From positions 489,103 through 509,102 of the forward strand of contig CT868263.1 of the NCBI GenBank assembly GCA_000165425.1: a stretch of 20,000 nt of DNA, written 5' to 3'. Positions 10,711 to 20,000 of the stretch are shown in pieces (position 1 is the stretch's first letter; every line of letters starts with the position of its first letter). The translations under genes were made by a program, and so were the position numbers. This DNA is from Paramecium tetraurelia (Eukaryota). Under the pieces are notes generated by a model. The model was not told where the DNA came from. It saw only the letters and a program-made list of their open reading frames with translations, and did no database searches.

Positions 10711-12127
10711 ATGTTAATAGGAAATGATTAAAACTTTTAGTGCAATTAATTACTTTAGAAGGATTCTATATTCAATGATGGAAAAGCTTTATGGATAAAC
10801 TAAGATTATGATTCCTCAAAACCAATTGATTAACAGAGGTTTAAAATTGAGTTAGATTCAAAAAATAAAATAAAATAATTAACCCTATATGAAAAATACA
10901 TAAGATATAGTTAACATGTAAAAAGTACATAGATAAATTAGAAAATTATTCTTTTTGAAAATAGTTTCTTGGACCTTGTTCATAATTAATAAAATAAATT
11001 AGTAGGCTTTAGATTAGTAAAATATGATGGAAGTTTGACAATTATAGGAGAATGCAAGCAATGGATTAAAATGTTGAAAAAATATGTGATTTAAAGTGAT
11101 TTTTCTAGAAATTATAAAATAACAAAAAAAATAGGGAATGGAACTTTTGCAGATGTAAATTCTTTTGTAATTTAAGGTTTATTTAGTTAAGCATAAGCAC
11201 ACAAATAAGGAATATGCTGCTAAAATATTTTATAAGAAAAAAATAATTTTGGAGGATAAAGAACTTTTAATGATAACTAAAGAAGTCTAAATAACAAGAC
11301 TCTTTTCTAATCCTAATATTTGTTAATTATATGAGGTTTTTGAATGTAAAGTGCACTTAACTTTAATAATGGATTTATTAGCCGGATCTGAATTAGTTTA
11401 TTCTCTTAAATTGGGAGGATTATCGGAGATTTAATCAATTTTAATAATAAAACCTCTTTTTCAAGCTCTATAACTCTTACATAAGCAAGGAATCTTTCAC
11501 AGAGATATTAAACCATAAAATATAATGCTTCATCAATCTGGTAAATTAGAAACCGCATGTTTAATTGATTTTGGCCTTGCTGATTTCTGGAATCATAAAA
11601 GCGAGTATTTATTCTCCCAATGTGGAACTCCAGGATATGTAGCTCCAGAAATCTTACTTGGGCATTCCTATGATTTCAAAGTTGATGTATATAGTCTAGG
11701 ATTAGTATTGTATTTGATTCTAACAGGTAAAGAACCCTTCTAATCAAAAACAATTGAGGGTCTAATTGAAGAAAATACGTATGGGCATATTGCTTTATCA
11801 CATTTAAATTTATCTCCAAATTGTCTTGATTTTTTATAAAAAGTTCTAGCAAAATCTCCAAATCAAAGATTGACTTCCTAAGAAGCTTTGATACATCCTT
11901 TTTTACTTTTTGGCCCAGGAAATCATTTAGATTTGATTCATAACAAAATGTAATCACCTGAACAATATATTTCTAAAAGTCAATAATTTCGTAAAAGCGT
12001 TGCTTCTCTCAGATTATAAACTGATACTTCGAATAATTAATTGAATTAAAGAGATATTTTTAAAAAGAATGAGTTAGAAAGAAAAGACATCAAAAAATAG
12101 TTTTCAATTCGAAAAGTAAAACTGTGA
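10711..12127 (+). CDS. CAMK-like Ser/Thr protein kinase with N-terminal extension, 464 aa
   Basis: IGNGTFADVY (intron 11155-11176, 22 nt), [38 protein letters not shown] and DVYSLG; stop TGA 12125-12127. All canonical motifs are present. Confidence 0.93.
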
Positions 12128-12394
12128 AAGAATAATTAATGATTTTTATTTAAATTTATTATCTTGTTGAAAAAATACAATCTTGAATGATAATCAAATC
12201 TTTTGAGATTCACAATTGTTCATTTTTATCAAATTTAATTTTAATTAATATTTACTTCTGGTTTTATCAGAATAGTAGAATGTGTCTAATAATAATGCAA
12301 GATTTACTAATTTATTTAGAAAAATATCCAATTTTCTAGAAATTAAAATAACATGTAATAATAATGTGTTTTAAAGGAAGAGGCTCATAAACTT

Positions 12395-13120
12395 TACTCG
12401 AATGCAGAAGAGATGGAATCTTCCTCTTTCAATTGATAAGGAAAAAAGGTTAAAATTTGAAATTAAGATGGTAGAGGCATTTGAGTCATTTGGAATTTTA
12501 GGAAAATATTATGGTTTGACTCCTGGTCATAAAAATTAAATAAGTGATAAAGCAGCAGATGAGTTGAGACATAAACATTTCTATCCAATCACATGATAAC
12601 AGACAACTATTCAACTGCTTCTGGAGTCGCTTCAGATTGGTCTTATGGCAGAGGAATTTGGCTGAGTGAAGATTAAAGAAAATGATTTGGGTGGGAGAAG
12701 AAGATTTATTAAGAATAATTTCTATTGTATAAGGTAATGATTTAGGAAAGGTTGATAAATCATTGCATGATTTATTATTAGGAATTGAAAAAGTGGATTA
12801 TAATTTGCAGAAGATCCAGTTGATGGTGTAATTACAACATGTCCAACTAATATGGGAACAGGCAAGAGACAATCAATTCTTGGAAAATTCCCAAATATTA
12901 CTAAATAAGGAACTGATGAAAACAATTGAAAGAGATTGCCAAATAATTTGGACTCTAAGCAAGAGGATGCGGAGGAAAATATTCTGCAATGGACAAGGAA
13001 GGAACAGCTGATATTTCTCCCTCAGCTAGATTTTGAGTTACAGAAGCTAGTGTTACCAAGAGACTCTACGAGGGCTTGATTAAATTATATGAGATCGAAG
13101 TATAAGCAATAAAAGAATGA
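12395..13120 (+). pseudogene. Arginine kinase (ATP:guanido phosphotransferase) pseudogene, 5'-eroded
   Basis: Fragments SDWSYGRGIW, MIWVGEEDLLRIISIVQG, ITTCPTNMGTGKRQS, GLQARGCGG and DISPSARF fall in different frames. There are four single-base losses (~12584, ~12676, ~12790, ~12924), an in-frame TGA at 13034-13036, and no recognisable N-terminal domain. Confidence 0.87.
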
Positions 13121-13239
13121 TGAGAATGAGTTTATAAATAAAAATTATAGAATTCAATATCTTTTCTAATTAATCAGTAAAACACAATAAAGTGTAAAAA
13201 GTTTAAGGCGATTTATTAATATTTTTTGTTTTGCCAATT

Positions 13240-17502
<4,263 letters not shown>

Positions 17503-17599
17503 GTATTTGCTTTTAAAATGTTTTATTTCTCATCACTAAATAATTTTATCTAATAAAATTTTCTTAATTATTATTTTATTATTTATAATACAAATCAAT

Positions 17600-19326
17600 A
17601 TGATTTTCAAAATTTTATTTTTCTTAGCTACTTTGATAATTTTATCACTTTAACTACTAACTTATAAATGGCTTATTCAATCGTACTAAAATGAAATCCT
17701 TGATTACATGGCTGCAATTCAAATTGTATAGAACTGGATTGAATCAGAAACAGACACCAGTGGAACATATTTTCAACCCTGCCTGTAAGCATACTATAAT
17801 ATTAGAAATTGCGGCTATGAACTTGCGATAAAAAAGGATCCCCTTTATTGTTTGAAAAGTGATCTCTATAAAATTTTTCATCCACAGATTGTTTTGGAGG
17901 ATAGTTATGTTTTTCGAGATTATGGAGGAAATGATTTAGCTAGAATTATTATTAAAAACTAAATGTTCGATGTCAGTCCTAACTTTACTCAATCAGGCCC
18001 AATTTAAGAAGACGATTATTTTAACTTAGATATAGTATTTTTGTTGATTTTGAAATTAGCGAGCATCTGTCATTTACCCTTACTCAAAAACATATTTGAG
18101 AACTCATATTTTAGGAAAAGAAGCAGGATGCTTGTTTTAGAAATATATGCATATACCAGGGCAAGAAGAATTAGCTCTAAAATCATTATAATCTTTGAAC
18201 TTAAGAAGTTATTTAATTTAGTTGAGTTAAGTTAATGCATCCATAGAATGTATAAATGAAGCAACTTTTTAGAAAAAATCTTACAGAATGTGGGAGTAAG
18301 ATGAATGCTAATAGCTTTTTTCAATTATTAACTCATTAGAATATTAAAATAAATTGTAATTGGAAGGACTATAATTTATTTATAAAACTAATAAACATTT
18401 AGGAAGAGGAGTCTTACTTGTTGATAAAGAAAATGAATAACTAATAAGAAAATAATATAATAATGGGACGTTTTGTGGTAAAAATAATTAAAATGTCATA
18501 ATTCAAGAATACATAAAAAATCCATATCTGTTTAAGGTAACATAGTTGAATATAATAGGGACATAAAATGGAGTTTCGATCATATTTTTAAATAGCCTCA
18601 ACTAATCCTCCAATTTTATTTGGATATAAAAAAGCTTTAATTAAGCAATGTGCTTTAAAATTTAATTTAACAGATTTTTCAAAAGAAGCTCATGTTTGTA
18701 ATACAGCAATCACAAAATCTCTTAAGGAAGACATTAAATAGCAAAATAATGAATATTATATTGACTGGAATTTAGAAGAATTACAAGATCTTCTATTATA
18801 AGATGGATTAATCATTTCAACAGATTGGTTAAATGAATATCTTATGCCGCAAATTTAACTCAAATTATTTCACCTTTTTAATTCTGTTTAAAATAAACTT
18901 TTTAAAGATAGCCGAGTGGGAGAATTTTTTGGAGTTGATTTCATTTTAGATTAAAATTTGGAACTTTGGATTTTTGAATGTAATAGAAATCCGAACTTTT
19001 TGGTTGTGACAGAAGGAAGAAAGGAAAAATTCAATTAATTAATTCCTGATATGATTTATTTATAGTTAGAGATGGTCAGAAATAGATTCATAAGAATATC
19101 ATAATTTTTAAAATAAAAGTTAATTCCTTCTATTAGGCAAAAGTCTTTATTAGAATAATAGGAATTATTAAAGCATGAATTTCTGATTAATTATCAAGAT
19201 AGTTTCTAAAATTAATCTTAATTGAATATTGATAATTAGGCGATTGATATTACTCCAATATAAAATTTTAGCACCTGTTTTAAGGAATTAGAGAAGATAA
19301 AAATACTATAAAAGAAAAATTATTGA
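17600..19326 (+). CDS. Tubulin-tyrosine-ligase-like (TTLL, ATP-grasp) protein with N-terminal signal peptide/anchor, 559 aa
   Basis: Introns 18035-18059 (25 nt) and 18537-18558 (22 nt). Motifs HIPGQEELALK, FIYKTNKHLGRGV, IQEYIKNPYLFKGHKMEFRSY, HVCNTAI and EFFGVDFILDQNLELWIFECNRNP; hydrophobic start MIFKILFFLATLIILSLQLL. Confidence 0.9.
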
Positions 19327-19690
19327 AAATAATATTTATTAACCTATTTATAAATTGAACTTTTTATTTTTGTTTACTTAAATATTGTCTTGATTCAAAG
19401 TTTAAAACCATTTTATTTATATGAAGAGTTACACACTATTCAAAAATTGAATGTATTTGGTTAAAATTAATGGAATTTAACTTTTTAAGAAATTATATAG
19501 TCAGAATATTGACTTTTCTGAAAATCGCATCTATATTTTTTGTATATTCTATAGCTTTTTTTTTATTATCTTTTTAAGAACACTTCAGTTTTAGTCTTTA
19601 CTTTTTGGGTTTGCACGTGGTCACTTCTGATGATCAAAACTGAAATCTTGAATCTCTAAAAATAGTTTAGAATAAAAGAAATTAAATTTA

Positions 19691-20000
19691 ATGAACGATA
19701 AATTTTCAGAACATTTGAAGTTTGGCCTTGTAATTATTAAATACAAAAGTAAGGAATTTAAATAATTGCTAAACATGAACTTTATTTTTGGTCATATGTT
19801 CGCTGCAAAAAAAATCTGGAAATTTCCTTTCAATTTCAATTTCAGCCAATTCTAACACTACAGAAATGCCCAAAAACCGTTTTCCTTGAGTAAAATATTA
19901 GAACCTATTAATTACGAATTTAGAACAACTTTCTATAGATATTATGGCTTTGAGCAAGATCAAAAAAATAGAAGGATAATTCTAAAAAGGAATAAGAATC
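19691..20000 (+). CDS. Possible 5' end of a hypothetical gene running off the window
   Basis: Frame open from ATG19691 (in-frame ATGs at 19775 and 19796) to the window end; no domain recognised. Confidence 0.3.

Noticed and set aside
11676..11957. ORF-track 93-aa minus-strand ORF
   Set aside because: Antisense shadow of the kinase CDS 10711-12127; no motif.
12722..12925. ORF-track 67-aa minus-strand ORF
   Set aside because: Antisense to the arginine kinase pseudogene; no independent support.
18041..18235. ORF-track 64-aa plus-strand ORF
   Set aside because: Starts inside intron 18035-18059 and runs out of frame with the TTLL exon.
19327..19690. Lys-rich open stretch on the minus strand
   Set aside because: No clear start, stop or motif; such open frames are common when TGA is the only stop.

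Overview
AT-rich, gene-dense ciliate macronuclear DNA, very likely Paramecium. TAA/TAG read as Gln, TGA is the only stop, and genes carry tiny 20-28 nt GT-AG introns, so the supplied standard-code ORF track shows only fragments. Manual translation with the ciliate code gives, in order: an atypical CAMK-like kinase with a frame problem at its 5' end; a ciliate-family two-TM protein; an unknown protein; a formiminoglutamase/ureohydrolase-fold protein missing most metal ligands; two tandem paralogs combining a degenerate EF1A/eRF3/HBS1-like three-domain scaffold (no P-loop) with two C-terminal RING fingers; a CFAP97/Hemingway-like protein; a canonical CAMK-like kinase; a frameshifted arginine kinase pseudogene; a class I-like PI3-kinase; and a TTLL-family ligase with an N-terminal signal anchor. 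The strongest candidate for an undescribed system is the pseudo-translational-GTPase plus double-RING pair. All family calls come from motif recognition by eye; no database search was run.
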